A DNA stretch of 64,000 bases from an uncultured Victivallales bacterium (GTDB lineage: Bacteria; Verrucomicrobiota; Kiritimatiellia; UBA8416): assembly GCA_964497125.1 (NCBI GenBank), contig CAZCDU010000002.1, positions 105,695-169,694 of the forward strand, written 5' to 3'. Below, one piece after another: positions 9,937 through 19,575 of the stretch. A program made the translations under genes and the position numbers. Below the pieces are notes generated by a model. The model searched no databases, had not been told where the DNA came from, and saw nothing but the letters and a program-made list of their open reading frames with translations. Numbering within the stretch: position 1 is the stretch's first letter; each line of letters starts with the position of its first letter.

Positions 9937-10078
9937 GCGAAAATGATTCGTTAATTATCTAACGCATTCGCTCTGGAAATATAACCCTTTGAGGCAGGGA
10001 GAGTTAAGTGGAATCAAGCATCGGGAGAGAAAATATTGCGTTCCCGCGGGCGTTGACGCGGCACCGAAATACGCTGCA

Positions 10079-11437
10079 TTAATCCCGTCGTTTTCGTGCC
10101 CGGAATTGGAGTAGAACCGGTGCGCCTTCAAGCCCGAACCGGGAACGTAGACACTTGATCAGATAGGAACGGTAGGCTGGACGGACAATCTTCGGATCAT
10201 TGACGAAGAGCCGGATCCTGATCGGATCTTTGCCAACCTGCGTGGCGTAGTACATTTTCAGCCGTTTCCCCTTCACGCCGGGAGGGCCGACCTTCTCAAA
10301 GGCCTCGTGTAGGGTGCGGTTGAGAATCCCCGTCGGCAGGTCCACCGTAACCTGGGAAGCCACGTAATCAATGGCCTCTACCGTGCGGCGAATATTGTAA
10401 CCGGTCTCTGCTGATGCGAATAGGACCGGGCAGTGCCCCATGAAGGGCATCGTCTTGACCAACGCCGGGCCGTACTGTCGCTGCGTCACTTCACCGTCGG
10501 CAAGATCCCACTTATTCACCAGAACGATACAGCCGCGATGATACTCCTCGACCAGCGCTGCAATCTTCTTGTCGTGCGCCGTTGGTCCCTGGTGTGCATC
10601 CAACACCAGGATAACGACAGTAGCGCCCTTAATGCTCTTCTCCGCCCGCATCAGGCTGAAGCGCTCGACCGTCGAGTCAATCTTCCCACTGCGACGCATA
10701 CCGGCTGTATCCACCAGCACGTAGTGCCGGGCCTGGTGGCCACTCCCTACCGCGAAGGGAACGTCAACGCTATCACGGGTGGTCCCCGGGATGTTCGAGA
10801 CGAGCACACGGTCACTGCGCAAGAGGCGGTTGACATAGCTGGACTTGCCTACATTCGGACGTCCGACAATGGCGACCCTGAGCGGCTCCACCTCGGTCGG
10901 GTTCTCCGCTTCGGGCAAGGCCTTGATCACGGGAGCCATCAGGGCATCGAATCCACGGTGCTGCAACGCCGAGACGGGAAACACGGGGAACCCCAGTCGT
11001 TCGAAATCGACGGCACCAACATCATGGTTCTCGCCGTCGGCCTTATTGGCGGCCACCACGGTCGTGCAGCCGCTGGCACGCAGAATCCCGGCCACTTCCT
11101 CATCCATCGGATGAACGCCGGCCTGCACGTCCACAACGAAGATCGCAACGGCCGCATCCCCCAGGGCCGCGTCCACCTGGCTGCGAATACCGGTTTCAAT
11201 CACGTCATCTGTTGCGGCGCCGTCGATGTTGCAGACACCGCCGGTATCCACGAGCTCAAAGCGTTCCTCGCCCCTTGTCACTTCACGCATGAGACGATCG
11301 CGCGTCACGCCGCTCTGCGCGTGCACAATAGCAATGCGCTTGCCGGCGAGACGATTGAACATGGCGGACTTGCCCACGTTCGGACGACCGACAATCACAA
11401 CGACACGCTGTTTGGGGTTGGTTTCTGAGGTATTCAT
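10079..11437 (-). CDS. der: Ribosome biogenesis GTPase Der (EngA)
   Basis: Two G domains: GRPNVGKS twice, GVTRD/GTTRD, DTGG/DTAG, NKAD/NKWD; C-terminal KH-like domain. Confidence 0.95.
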   Translation of the reverse strand: MNTSETNPKQRVVVIVGRPNVGKSAMFNRLAGKRIAIVHAQSGVTRDRLMREVTRGEERFELVDTGGVCNIDGAATDDVIETGIRSQVDAALGDAAVAIFVVDVQAGVHPMDEEVAGILRASGCTTVVAANKADGENHDVGAVDFERLGFPVFPVSALQHRGFDALMAPVIKALPEAENPTEVEPLRVAIVGRPNVGKSSYVNRLLRSDRVLVSNIPGTTRDSVDVPFAVGSGHQARHYVLVDTAGMRRSGKIDSTVERFSLMRAEKSIKGATVVILVLDAHQGPTAHDKKIAALVEEYHRGCIVLVNKWDLADGEVTQRQYGPALVKTMPFMGHCPVLFASAETGYNIRRTVEAIDYVASQVTVDLPTGILNRTLHEAFEKVGPPGVKGKRLKMYYATQVGKDPIRIRLFVNDPKIVRPAYRSYLIKCLRSRFGLEGAPVLLQFRARKRRD

Positions 11438-11483
11438 GTGCGGGTGAACTGTAAGGAGTGTGGGCCGATAAAGCCAGTTTGAT

Positions 11484-12281
11484 TTAGACGCCGAGCGGCG
11501 TGTGGTCTCCCACGGATAAGGCCCCTGACAGAGCGGAAGCCACGAACGCCTGCGCCCGCGCCACGGCCTCTTTCAACGATCGTCCGAGGGCGAGCTCCGC
11601 GGCAACAACCGCCGAGAACGTGCAGCCGGTGCCATGGGTCTCCTGCACGGCGACCCGTGGCGTCTCAAAGACCTCAACCGAACCGGCGTCATACAGCACA
11701 TCGACGACAGTCGCCGTATCACCCTCGAGATGCCCCCCTTTGAGTGCACAGGCGACCCCAAAGCGCTCCCCAATCTCACGGGCCGCTTCACGCAGCGCTT
11801 CCAACGACGCGATGGAGTGCCCCGCCAAGACCTCGGCCTCAGGCAGATTAGGCGTAATAACCCTGGCCTGGGGAATCAGGTGCTCCTGCAGAGCCACGAC
11901 GGCGTCCTCGCGCAATAACCTTGCGCCCGATGTCGCAACCATGACAGGGTCAACAACAAGCTCCTCGAGGCCACATTCGGCAACCACGCCGGCAACCGCT
12001 TCGATAATCTCCGCCGAGAACAGCATTCCCGTCTTAGCTGCCGCAATCGGGAACCCGTCGCAGACCGTGCGGACCTGTGCCGCCACGGTATCCGCGGAAA
12101 GGGCCTCGACGCAGCGCACTTCGTCCGGATTCTGTGCCGTCACACAGGTAACCGCCGTCGTACCGAAGCATCCCGACGCGTGGAACACCTTAAGGTCGGC
12201 TTGCAGGCCGGCACCACCGCCGCTGTCTGAACCCGCGATGGTTAGAACAGCGGGGCGTGTGTTGTTGGGCTGGTCGCTCAT
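11484..12281 (-). CDS. thiD: Hydroxymethylpyrimidine/phosphomethylpyrimidine kinase
   Basis: LTIAGSDSGGGAGLQADLK, TAQN, KTGML, VDPVMVATSG, ITPNLPEAE, KGGH, THGTGCTFS. Confidence 0.92.
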   Translation of the reverse strand: MSDQPNNTRPAVLTIAGSDSGGGAGLQADLKVFHASGCFGTTAVTCVTAQNPDEVRCVEALSADTVAAQVRTVCDGFPIAAAKTGMLFSAEIIEAVAGVVAECGLEELVVDPVMVATSGARLLREDAVVALQEHLIPQARVITPNLPEAEVLAGHSIASLEALREAAREIGERFGVACALKGGHLEGDTATVVDVLYDAGSVEVFETPRVAVQETHGTGCTFSAVVAAELALGRSLKEAVARAQAFVASALSGALSVGDHTPLGV

Positions 12282-12304
12282 CGAATCACTCTATTTCGTA
12301 CAGG

Positions 12305-12383
12305 ACAGGCTTCCCGTATTCGGGAGCCTGTGTTCCCCGCGATGCCGTTGTCAGCACGCGCTCCTCAGGGAAGCGCGTGCTAC
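12305..12383. repeat. Two REP-like hairpins between argG and thiD
   Basis: ACAGGCTTCCCG-TATT-CGGGAGCCTGT (12305-12331) and, on the minus strand, GTAG-CACGCGCTTCC-CTGA-GGAGCGCGTG (12355-12383). Confidence 0.6.
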
Positions 12384-12407
12384 AACACGGGATATGCAGA
12401 TGTAACG

Positions 12408-13640
12408 CTACGAGCGAATCTGCTTGGCCAGGGCCAGCGAACGCGCTTCGACCGACTGAATCTCGGCAAAGCCCTGTGAGCTCACCGGGTTCAAGCCTTC
12501 GCTTGCCTCCATCGACGAATCCGCTTCGTTATAGAGCGAGGCAGGACAGTCGGTCAGACTGTTGAAGAGCACATTGCCCTTGTACAGGTCGACCTTAACG
12601 GTTCCCGTTGCAACGGACGCAAAGACGTCAATCGCGGCTTTCGCAGCTGTCGTCGCCGGATCGAAATAGCGGCCATCATAGATCTGGTCCGCGATCAGCT
12701 TCGAAAGCTGGCCGAAGAGTAGCATCGCGCGACGGTCCATCGTCGCCTGGTAGACGCTCATCAGGCACTGCCCCAGCAGTTCCATGCCGGGTGATTCATA
12801 GACTCCCCGGCTCTTGGTGCCGATGATTCGGTTCTCAAGCGCGTTCTTGAATCCGACGCCATTACGGCCCGCAATGGTGTTGGCAAGCGTCATCGCCTCG
12901 AGCGGTGAGACCTCCTTGCCGTTAATCGCAACCGCCCGGCCCTTCTCGAAGCGAACTTCCACGGTTTCGGCTTCATCCGGTGCCTCGGCAGGCCATACAC
13001 CCATCGTCGGTTCGACGATCGTGCAGGGCGTCTCCATGCTCTCCAAGTCCTCGGCTTCATGTGACAAACCGGCCAGGTTGCCATCTGTTGAATAGCGCTT
13101 CTCGCCACCGGGGAAAGCTTCAATCCCGGCCTTGCGCAGGTACTCAACCATCTCCAGCCGGCCAGGGAATTCCTCGAGCAGGTCCTCATCCCGCCAGGGG
13201 GCGTAGACTTTCATCTCCGGCGCCAGCACGTTGGTGTAGCGTTCGAAACGCATCTGGTCATTGCCACGTCCCGTAGCACCATGTGCGAGGACCGTGCAGC
13301 CCTTCTCCTGCATTGCGGCGACAAGCCCCTTAACCGTAACAGCCCGGGCAATGCCGGTCGAATTCCAGTATCCGCCGTCGTACATCGCCTGGTATTGGAT
13401 GACTTCGAAGCACGCTTCCGCCATGGGCTCTTTCAGGTCCACGACAAACGTATCGGCGCCACAGGGCGCCATCTTCTCGATAACACCGTTGATATCCTCT
13501 TCATCCGGTTGCGCCAGATCTGCGGTGAAGCAGACCACGTCGATACCGAGATCCATGAACTTCTTGGTCACCGTCTTGCTGTCCAGTCCACCGGACACAC
13601 AAACGCCGATCTTCTCTCCCGTCAGCTCTTTGAGCTTCAT
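12408..13640 (-). CDS. argG: Argininosuccinate synthase
   Basis: SGGLDS, HGATGRGNDQMRF, YSTDGNL.G.SHE, ENRIIGTKSRGVYESPG. Confidence 0.92.
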   Translation of the reverse strand: MKLKELTGEKIGVCVSGGLDSKTVTKKFMDLGIDVVCFTADLAQPDEEDINGVIEKMAPCGADTFVVDLKEPMAEACFEVIQYQAMYDGGYWNSTGIARAVTVKGLVAAMQEKGCTVLAHGATGRGNDQMRFERYTNVLAPEMKVYAPWRDEDLLEEFPGRLEMVEYLRKAGIEAFPGGEKRYSTDGNLAGLSHEAEDLESMETPCTIVEPTMGVWPAEAPDEAETVEVRFEKGRAVAINGKEVSPLEAMTLANTIAGRNGVGFKNALENRIIGTKSRGVYESPGMELLGQCLMSVYQATMDRRAMLLFGQLSKLIADQIYDGRYFDPATTAAKAAIDVFASVATGTVKVDLYKGNVLFNSLTDCPASLYNEADSSMEASEGLNPVSSQGFAEIQSVEARSLALAKQIRS

Positions 13641-14944
13641 GCTGGTGCTCCTTCCTCCTCGGCTACGTCCTCGTTCGTCTCGTCAGCAGCGGCTGTATCC
13701 GCGGTGGGGACCTCTTCTTCGGGGGCCTCTTCTGCCGTTTCCTCAACACTCTCGGCTCCGCCGTGCATGGCATCCAAACAGTCATCAAGAATGTCCAGTG
13801 CCTCTTCCAGTTCATCGTCTTTGACGGTGAGAGGCGGAAGGAACCGCACAACATTTCCGGCCGTTGCAATAGTCAGCAAGCCGATCTCCGCCAGCGCTGT
13901 CGTGAGCGGCTTTGCATCCTGGTCGAGCACAAGCCCGAGCATGAGCCCCCGCCCCCGCACGCCGGTGACGTGTTCATACTTCTCGACGAACGCCTCAAGC
14001 CCTTCGGCAAAGAGAGCGCCTTTCTCCTTCGACCGCTCGACAAGGCCTTCGGCCTCCATGACGTCCAGGGTTGCCAACGCTGCCGCGCACGCTAATGGTG
14101 TGCCACCGAACGTACTGGCGTGATTACCGGGCTGGAAGACATCCGCCAATTTCGGTCCACTGACAACGGCACCGATGGGATAGCCGCTGCCCAGGGCTTT
14201 AGCCAGCGAGAAGGCGTCCGGCTCTACATCGTATGCCTGGAAACCGAACCATTCTCCGGTCCGCCCGAGGCCACACTGGACTTCGTCGCACAGCATGAGC
14301 AGGTCCTTCTCGTCACAGAGCGCCCGGACATCCTTTATGAACTGCTCGTCGCCGGCAATGATGCCGCCTTCGCCCTGCACAGCCTCCAACAGAATCGCCA
14401 CGGTCTTCTCGTTCACGAGGGCCTTTACCGACTCAATGTTATTGTACTCGGCATGTACGAATCCCTCGGGCATGGGCTCGAAGCCTTTCTGTACCTTCTC
14501 CTGTCCCGTGGCAGCCGCCGTTGCCAGCGTCCGTCCGTGGAAGGAGTCTTTCATACAGATCACTTCATACTTGCCCTGCTCGTGTCCCCACAACCGCGCC
14601 AGCTTGATCAAGCCTTCGTTGGCTTCGGCACCGGAGTTGGCAAAGAAGCACTTCCCCTTCAGTGACAACTCATTCAGCCGCTTAGCAAGCAACGCCTGAT
14701 TCTCCGTGTAGTAGAGATTCGAAACGTGGACCAATTCGGCAACCTGGGCCTGAATCGCGTTGACAACCGTCGGGTGTGAATAGCCAACATTCAGCACCGA
14801 GATACCCGCAGCAAAATCCAGATAGACCTTACCGCCAGCATCCCATACTTTCGTTCCTTTGCCCTTCACCAGCGCCGTCTCCGGCGCATAGGTGGGCATC
14901 ACATTATCCTTAAACATATCTGCAATTTCCTGTGTCGTACTCAT
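13637..14944 (-). CDS. argD: Acetylornithine aminotransferase with acidic C-terminal tail
   Basis: YLDFAAGISV, NSGAEANE, SFHGRT, VQGEGG, DEVQCGLGRTG, SLAKALG, HASTFGG; located in the arg cluster. Confidence 0.92.
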   Translation of the reverse strand: MSTTQEIADMFKDNVMPTYAPETALVKGKGTKVWDAGGKVYLDFAAGISVLNVGYSHPTVVNAIQAQVAELVHVSNLYYTENQALLAKRLNELSLKGKCFFANSGAEANEGLIKLARLWGHEQGKYEVICMKDSFHGRTLATAAATGQEKVQKGFEPMPEGFVHAEYNNIESVKALVNEKTVAILLEAVQGEGGIIAGDEQFIKDVRALCDEKDLLMLCDEVQCGLGRTGEWFGFQAYDVEPDAFSLAKALGSGYPIGAVVSGPKLADVFQPGNHASTFGGTPLACAAALATLDVMEAEGLVERSKEKGALFAEGLEAFVEKYEHVTGVRGRGLMLGLVLDQDAKPLTTALAEIGLLTIATAGNVVRFLPPLTVKDDELEEALDILDDCLDAMHGGAESVEETAEEAPEEEVPTADTAAADETNEDVAEEEGAPA

Positions 14945-14980
14945 TTCTATTACTCCAATATTAAGTCAACAAATGACTCG

Positions 14981-15859
14981 TTACTCTCCAATAATCTGTG
15001 TCCCTACGCCTTTGTCTGTGAACATCTCAAGCAAGAGCGAATGCTGCATTCGGCCGTCAATCATATGAACTTTCCTGACGCCGGCACTCAGTGCCTCCAT
15101 ACAGCTCTTGATCTTGGGCAGCATGCCGCCCGAAATCACGCCCTGCTCAACCAACCATTCAATCTCATTCTGCTTGAGCGTTGAAATCAGGGACGCTTCA
15201 TCGTGCGGATCCCGCAGCAGCCCGGGCACGTCAGAGAGAAAAGCCAGTTTGCGCGCACGCAATGCTTTGGCAACCGCCGCCGCTGCAACATCCGCATTGA
15301 TGTTATGGGTCCGGCCCTTAGGCCCGACGCCCAGCGGTGTGATTACCGGAATGACTCCTTCTGCCAACATTGAACGGATCGGACCGGTGTCCACTTCTCC
15401 CGGCTCGCCGACGAAGCCCCAGTCGATGGCCTCTCCCGTATCAGAATCAACGCCCTTCTTACGTGTCACATGGAATATGGACTGACCATGCAAACTTCTG
15501 GCCTCCGCACCCTTGCCCTTCAGCATCTTGACGATACGCGGGTTGACATCCGTCTTCAGCACACGCTCCACAACGTGAATGGATTTCTCGCACGTAACAC
15601 GCAGGCCGTGCAGGAATGTCGAGTCGATACCGTCCTCCTGCATACCACGCGAGATGGCTTTGCCACCGCCGTGAACAAGCACGAGTTTCATGCCGACGCA
15701 TTCCATAAAGGCGACATCTGCCAACACGCCCTCAACATGCGCCGGATCCTCCATCGCACTACCACCAAACTTCACCACAACAATCTCGTTGCGGAACTGC
15801 TGGATATAGGGCAACGCCTCAATCAGCACACTGGCTTTCTCGATCACCTTCTCCATCAC
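14981..15859 (-). CDS. argB: Acetylglutamate kinase
   Basis: VVKFGGSAM, VHGGG, GLRVT, NINAD, LSDVPG, GGMLPK, EMFTDKGVGT. Confidence 0.95.
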   Translation of the reverse strand: MMEKVIEKASVLIEALPYIQQFRNEIVVVKFGGSAMEDPAHVEGVLADVAFMECVGMKLVLVHGGGKAISRGMQEDGIDSTFLHGLRVTCEKSIHVVERVLKTDVNPRIVKMLKGKGAEARSLHGQSIFHVTRKKGVDSDTGEAIDWGFVGEPGEVDTGPIRSMLAEGVIPVITPLGVGPKGRTHNINADVAAAAVAKALRARKLAFLSDVPGLLRDPHDEASLISTLKQNEIEWLVEQGVISGGMLPKIKSCMEALSAGVRKVHMIDGRMQHSLLLEMFTDKGVGTQIIGE

Positions 15860-15902
15860 ACCTCTCCACCAAATCTCTCAGCACCCGACACAGCAAAACT
15901 CC

Positions 15903-16235
15903 GTGCCCCTGGCTGGTCCAGTCAGCCGCCCTCTTCTCCCCAAACCACCCAACGAAGGGCTGGGGTGCCCCTGGCTGGCCTAGTCGGTGCAGCCGTCCCC
16001 GGCAAACCAACTCCAGACAGCCACTCCTCTTTCTCCCCAAACCACCAGCGGAGGGCTGGGGTGCCCCTGGCTGGCCTAGTCGGTGCAGCCGTCCCCGGCA
16101 AACCAACTCCAGACAGCCACTCCTCTTTCTCCCCAAACCACCAGCGGAGGGCTGGGGTGCCCCTGGCTGGCCTAGTCGGTGCAGCCGTCCCCGGCAAAGC
16201 GACTCCAGACAGCCAGGGGCACCCCAGCCCGGAGC
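15903..16235. repeat. Nested-hairpin element (16144-16235) with 96-bp tandem partial copies between argJ and argB
   Basis: GGGCTGGGGTGCCCCTGGCTGGCCTAG recurs at 15957, 16053 and 16149 (period 96), with a decayed copy at 15903; only the last unit has the perfect 20-bp inverted arm (16210-16229). Confidence 0.9.
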
Positions 16236-16236
16236 G

Positions 16237-17448
16237 TCACGTCATGTACTCCGCATTAATCTTCACATAGTCATAACTGCAATCGCAGGTATAGACCGTA
16301 TCCGTCTCGCTCCCGAGCTTCAGATCGATCAGAATCTCGAATGCTGTCCTGGCAAAAACGGTTTCGAGCTCGGAGAACGCAACGCCTTCGGCCATTTGGC
16401 CTCCGATCACGGCGGCTACGTCATCAAACGAAATGTCCACGAGGTCGGCATCGACTTGTGCACCGGAGTAGCCAACGGCAGCAATGACCCGCCCCCAATT
16501 GGGGTCTCCACCGAACCACGCGGTCTTGCAAAGCAACGAATTCGCGACAGCCTTTGCCGCCTGATTGGCATCTGTCGCGGTGACGGCCCCTTGAACCGTC
16601 ACGGTAATAAAGCGAGTCGCGCCTTCGCCGTCCTTGACCATCATCGTCGCGAGGGCGAGCGCCACGTCGGCCACCGCGGCCTCGAACGTGCCCCACGCCG
16701 GATGCGATTCATCCAGAAGCGGTGTCTCGGATGCACCATTTGCGAACAACAGGACCGTGTCGTTGGTGCTCTGATCACCATCGACGGTCACCCGGTTAAA
16801 ACTCTTGGTCACGGCCTTCTTGAGACAGCTCTGCAGGGCCGTCAGTGAGACAGCGGCATCGGTTGTCAAAAAGGCCAGCATGGTAGCCATGTTCGGCTCG
16901 ATCATGCCGGCGCCCTTCGCCATACCACCGACATGCACCGTCTTGCCGTCCAGCTCAAAAGAAACAGCGTGCTGCTTGGCGACCGTGTCCGTCGTCATGA
17001 TGGCGTGCGCGGCTTCGCCACCGCCATGCGCTGAGAGTGCTTCGACGGCTACCGGTAATCCCGCCTTGATCTTACCCACGGGAAGCGGCTTGCCTATGGT
17101 GCCGGTTGAACACACAAAAATGGAGTCCGGCTCAATGCCCAGGGCAGCCGCGGTTGCAGCGGCCGTCTTCTCGGCAGCTTCCATCCCAGCCGCGCCCGTA
17201 CATGCATTCGCACAGCCGCTGTTAACCACAACCGACGATGCTGTTCCGGATGCCAACACACGCTTGCATAACTTCACGGGGGCCGCCTGGACCGCGTTGG
17301 TTGTGAACATGCCGGCAACCGTGGCGGGCGTTTCAGAAACCAACAGAGCCAAATCAAGCGCATTGGCCTTGATGCCGGCGCATACGCCGGAAGCCTTGAA
17401 GCCCTTCGGTGCAGTCACGCCACCGTCTGTAGTTACGAATTCACTCAT
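16237..17448 (-). CDS. argJ: Bifunctional ornithine acetyltransferase/N-acetylglutamate synthase
   Basis: GVTAPKGF, FTTN, VNSGCANA, STGTIG, IMTTDT, GMAKGAGMIEPNMATML, DGDQSTNDT, KDGEGAT, DPNWGR, CDCSYDYVKINAEY. Confidence 0.95.
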   Translation of the reverse strand: MSEFVTTDGGVTAPKGFKASGVCAGIKANALDLALLVSETPATVAGMFTTNAVQAAPVKLCKRVLASGTASSVVVNSGCANACTGAAGMEAAEKTAAATAAALGIEPDSIFVCSTGTIGKPLPVGKIKAGLPVAVEALSAHGGGEAAHAIMTTDTVAKQHAVSFELDGKTVHVGGMAKGAGMIEPNMATMLAFLTTDAAVSLTALQSCLKKAVTKSFNRVTVDGDQSTNDTVLLFANGASETPLLDESHPAWGTFEAAVADVALALATMMVKDGEGATRFITVTVQGAVTATDANQAAKAVANSLLCKTAWFGGDPNWGRVIAAVGYSGAQVDADLVDISFDDVAAVIGGQMAEGVAFSELETVFARTAFEILIDLKLGSETDTVYTCDCSYDYVKINAEYMT

Positions 17449-17582
17449 CTTTTCACTCCGATAAATTGGCTGCTGAATATCCAACATTCCCCAGGCAAAG
17501 TCGAATAGAAAAGGGGTACAGAAAAGGGACAAGAAACGCGAGGCCATGAGAACAGGGAATGCGGACGACGTGTCCGAGATGC

Positions 17583-19514
17583 TTAGCGTCGACGCGGTGG
17601 GCGGGAGCGCGAATCGCGACGACCACCACCGGAACGACCGCCTGAACGACCACCAGGTCGTCCCCCGGGACCCGAGCGGGGTGAACGCCTGTAAGGTTTG
17701 GCGTCCGTATGGGGAAGTGGCGTCAACAGCACGTCTTCCGGGTAGAGGCAGGATAGCTCTTCGCCGATATACTCTTCAATCTCCGGAATCGTAAAGGACT
17801 CGTCCTCGCAGGCAAACGAAACGGCCGTACCCTCGGCACCCGCTCTGCCAGTGCGACCAATGCGATGCACGTAGTCTTCTGCTTCGTACGGCAGATCGAA
17901 ATTCACGACATGATCAATGTCATCAACATGCAATCCCCGTCCCGCAACATCGGTAGCCACCACGGTCATCACCTTGCCGGACCTGAAGTCTTCCAGCACG
18001 CGCGTTCGGCGATTCTGGTTCACCGCACCTGAAAGCAGCTCACACTTGATGCCATAACGCTGTAGTTCGCCGGCAATTCGTTCTGTCTGGTCGCGGCGGT
18101 TGGCAAAGATCAGGACACGGCCGATATTCGGGCGCTTCAGAAGGTTGTACAGTACCGTGAACTTCTCGTTCGCCCGCACCATGTAGACAAGCTGCTTAAC
18201 CGTATCGACGGCCACCTGGTCAGGTTCGATCTCAACAACGTGCGGATCCGGCATCCACTGGGACGCCAAACGCATCACGGTATCAGTCAGCGTGGCGCTG
18301 AAAAGCAGTGTCCGGCGTTTATCTTTGGGCGGTGTACTGCGGATGATCGTGCGAACGTCGGGGATGAAGCCCATGTCGAGCATGCGGTCTGCCTCGTCAA
18401 TCACGAGCACTTCCACGCCGCGCAGGTCGATAATCCGTCTACGCTGGAAATCCAAAAGGCGCCCGGGTGTAGCGGCGACCAGATCAACCGGTCCACGCCG
18501 GAGATCGCGTTCCTGCTGCTCAAACCCGGTTCCGCCATAGACGGCCAAGCTGCGCATGGAGCAGTACTTCCCGATCTGCTCAGCATCTTTCATGATCTGA
18601 ATCACCAACTCACGTGTAGGTGCAATGACCAGGGCACGAGGACGGGCAGCCGGACGATCTGCCGGCAGAGGATTATCGAGAAACTGTTTGAACGTCAGCA
18701 GCAAAAATGCGGCGGTCTTCCCCGTACCGGTCTGAGCTTTGCCGGCCACGTTGTGACCCTCGGCAACTTCCTGCAGGACGCGGGCCTGAATAGGCGTGCA
18801 GTACTCGAATCCGAGATCCGCGATGGCATGCATGATCTCATCAGAAAGATCCACATCGTGAAAGCGTGTCTTCCCCTCGGCAGGCTCTACCTTATAGTCA
18901 TCAATCGACCATGGCTTCGCCGGCGGCTGTGACTCGCGTTGGTCGCCTTGCTGCTGAGGTCGTGGCTTTGCCGGCGGCTGCGACTCAGGTTGGTCGCCCT
19001 GCTGCTGAGGCTGTGGCTCCGCTGGCTGCTGCGATTCGGGTTGGTCGCCCTGCTGGGAGCGCGGCTTGCGACGGCGTCTTGGCCTTCGCTTGCGTGGAGC
19101 CTGCTCTTGCGTGCCATCATCCGTCTTGTCGGCTGAAGGCGAAGGCTTGGCGGGACGGGAGTCCGGTTCCGGGTCATCCCCCGGTTGCGAAAGCACCTGG
19201 GAATCATCTGCCGGTCGCGGTTTGCGCGGGCGACGTTTCCGTGGTGGACGCGTAGACTGTTCTGAACGACCCGACGATGATTTGCTTGATGACTTCCGCG
19301 GAGCCGGATTCTGTCCCGGGCGCCAAGTCTCGGTGTTGGGTCCATCCTTGGCCGCAACGGTAGTCTTGGCCTTCTGACCCGTCGATTTTCCGCCACGAGG
19401 GCGTGAATCGTTCTGCTTAGAGGGTGTCGAATCAGCCTTGGCAGGCCCGGAGCCCTTGCGAACCCGGGATGCCAGAGATTTGATAAGTCGAATTGCCATA
19501 ATCTGTATCTGCAA
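17583..19514 (-). CDS. rhlB: DEAD-box RNA helicase, RhlB-like, with long disordered N-terminus
   Basis: AQTGTGKT, PTREL, TPGRLLD, DEAD, FSAT, TDVAGRG, HRIGRTGRAG, SFACE; the ortholog call is moderate, the family call is firm. Confidence 0.8.
   Translation of the reverse strand: MQIQIMAIRLIKSLASRVRKGSGPAKADSTPSKQNDSRPRGGKSTGQKAKTTVAAKDGPNTETWRPGQNPAPRKSSSKSSSGRSEQSTRPPRKRRPRKPRPADDSQVLSQPGDDPEPDSRPAKPSPSADKTDDGTQEQAPRKRRPRRRRKPRSQQGDQPESQQPAEPQPQQQGDQPESQPPAKPRPQQQGDQRESQPPAKPWSIDDYKVEPAEGKTRFHDVDLSDEIMHAIADLGFEYCTPIQARVLQEVAEGHNVAGKAQTGTGKTAAFLLLTFKQFLDNPLPADRPAARPRALVIAPTRELVIQIMKDAEQIGKYCSMRSLAVYGGTGFEQQERDLRRGPVDLVAATPGRLLDFQRRRIIDLRGVEVLVIDEADRMLDMGFIPDVRTIIRSTPPKDKRRTLLFSATLTDTVMRLASQWMPDPHVVEIEPDQVAVDTVKQLVYMVRANEKFTVLYNLLKRPNIGRVLIFANRRDQTERIAGELQRYGIKCELLSGAVNQNRRTRVLEDFRSGKVMTVVATDVAGRGLHVDDIDHVVNFDLPYEAEDYVHRIGRTGRAGAEGTAVSFACEDESFTIPEIEEYIGEELSCLYPEDVLLTPLPHTDAKPYRRSPRSGPGGRPGGRSGGRSGGGRRDSRSRPPRRR
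18912..19056. repeat. 51-bp coding tandem repeat (~3 copies) in the helicase N-terminus
   Basis: Units start at 18912, 18963 and 19014; encode QQQGDQPESQPPAKPRP-like 17-mers. Confidence 0.85.
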
Positions 19515-19575
19515 GACGCAAACAGATCCCCGGCAACCGAAAGCTGCAAAAGCGGTCCGCGTGATGCTGGTCGCT

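Noticed and set aside
12282-12407. TPP riboswitch upstream of thiD
   Set aside because: No TPP aptamer core (CTGAGA etc.) seen; only REP-like hairpins
15819-16270. ORFs with repeated 32-aa units, and similar ORFs at 28866-29283 and 25189-25395
   Set aside because: By-products of 96-bp and related DNA repeats staying in frame; no RBS or protein-like composition
17449-17582. ArgR (ARG) box upstream of argJ
   Set aside because: Only a half-site-like TGAATA; no paired palindromes
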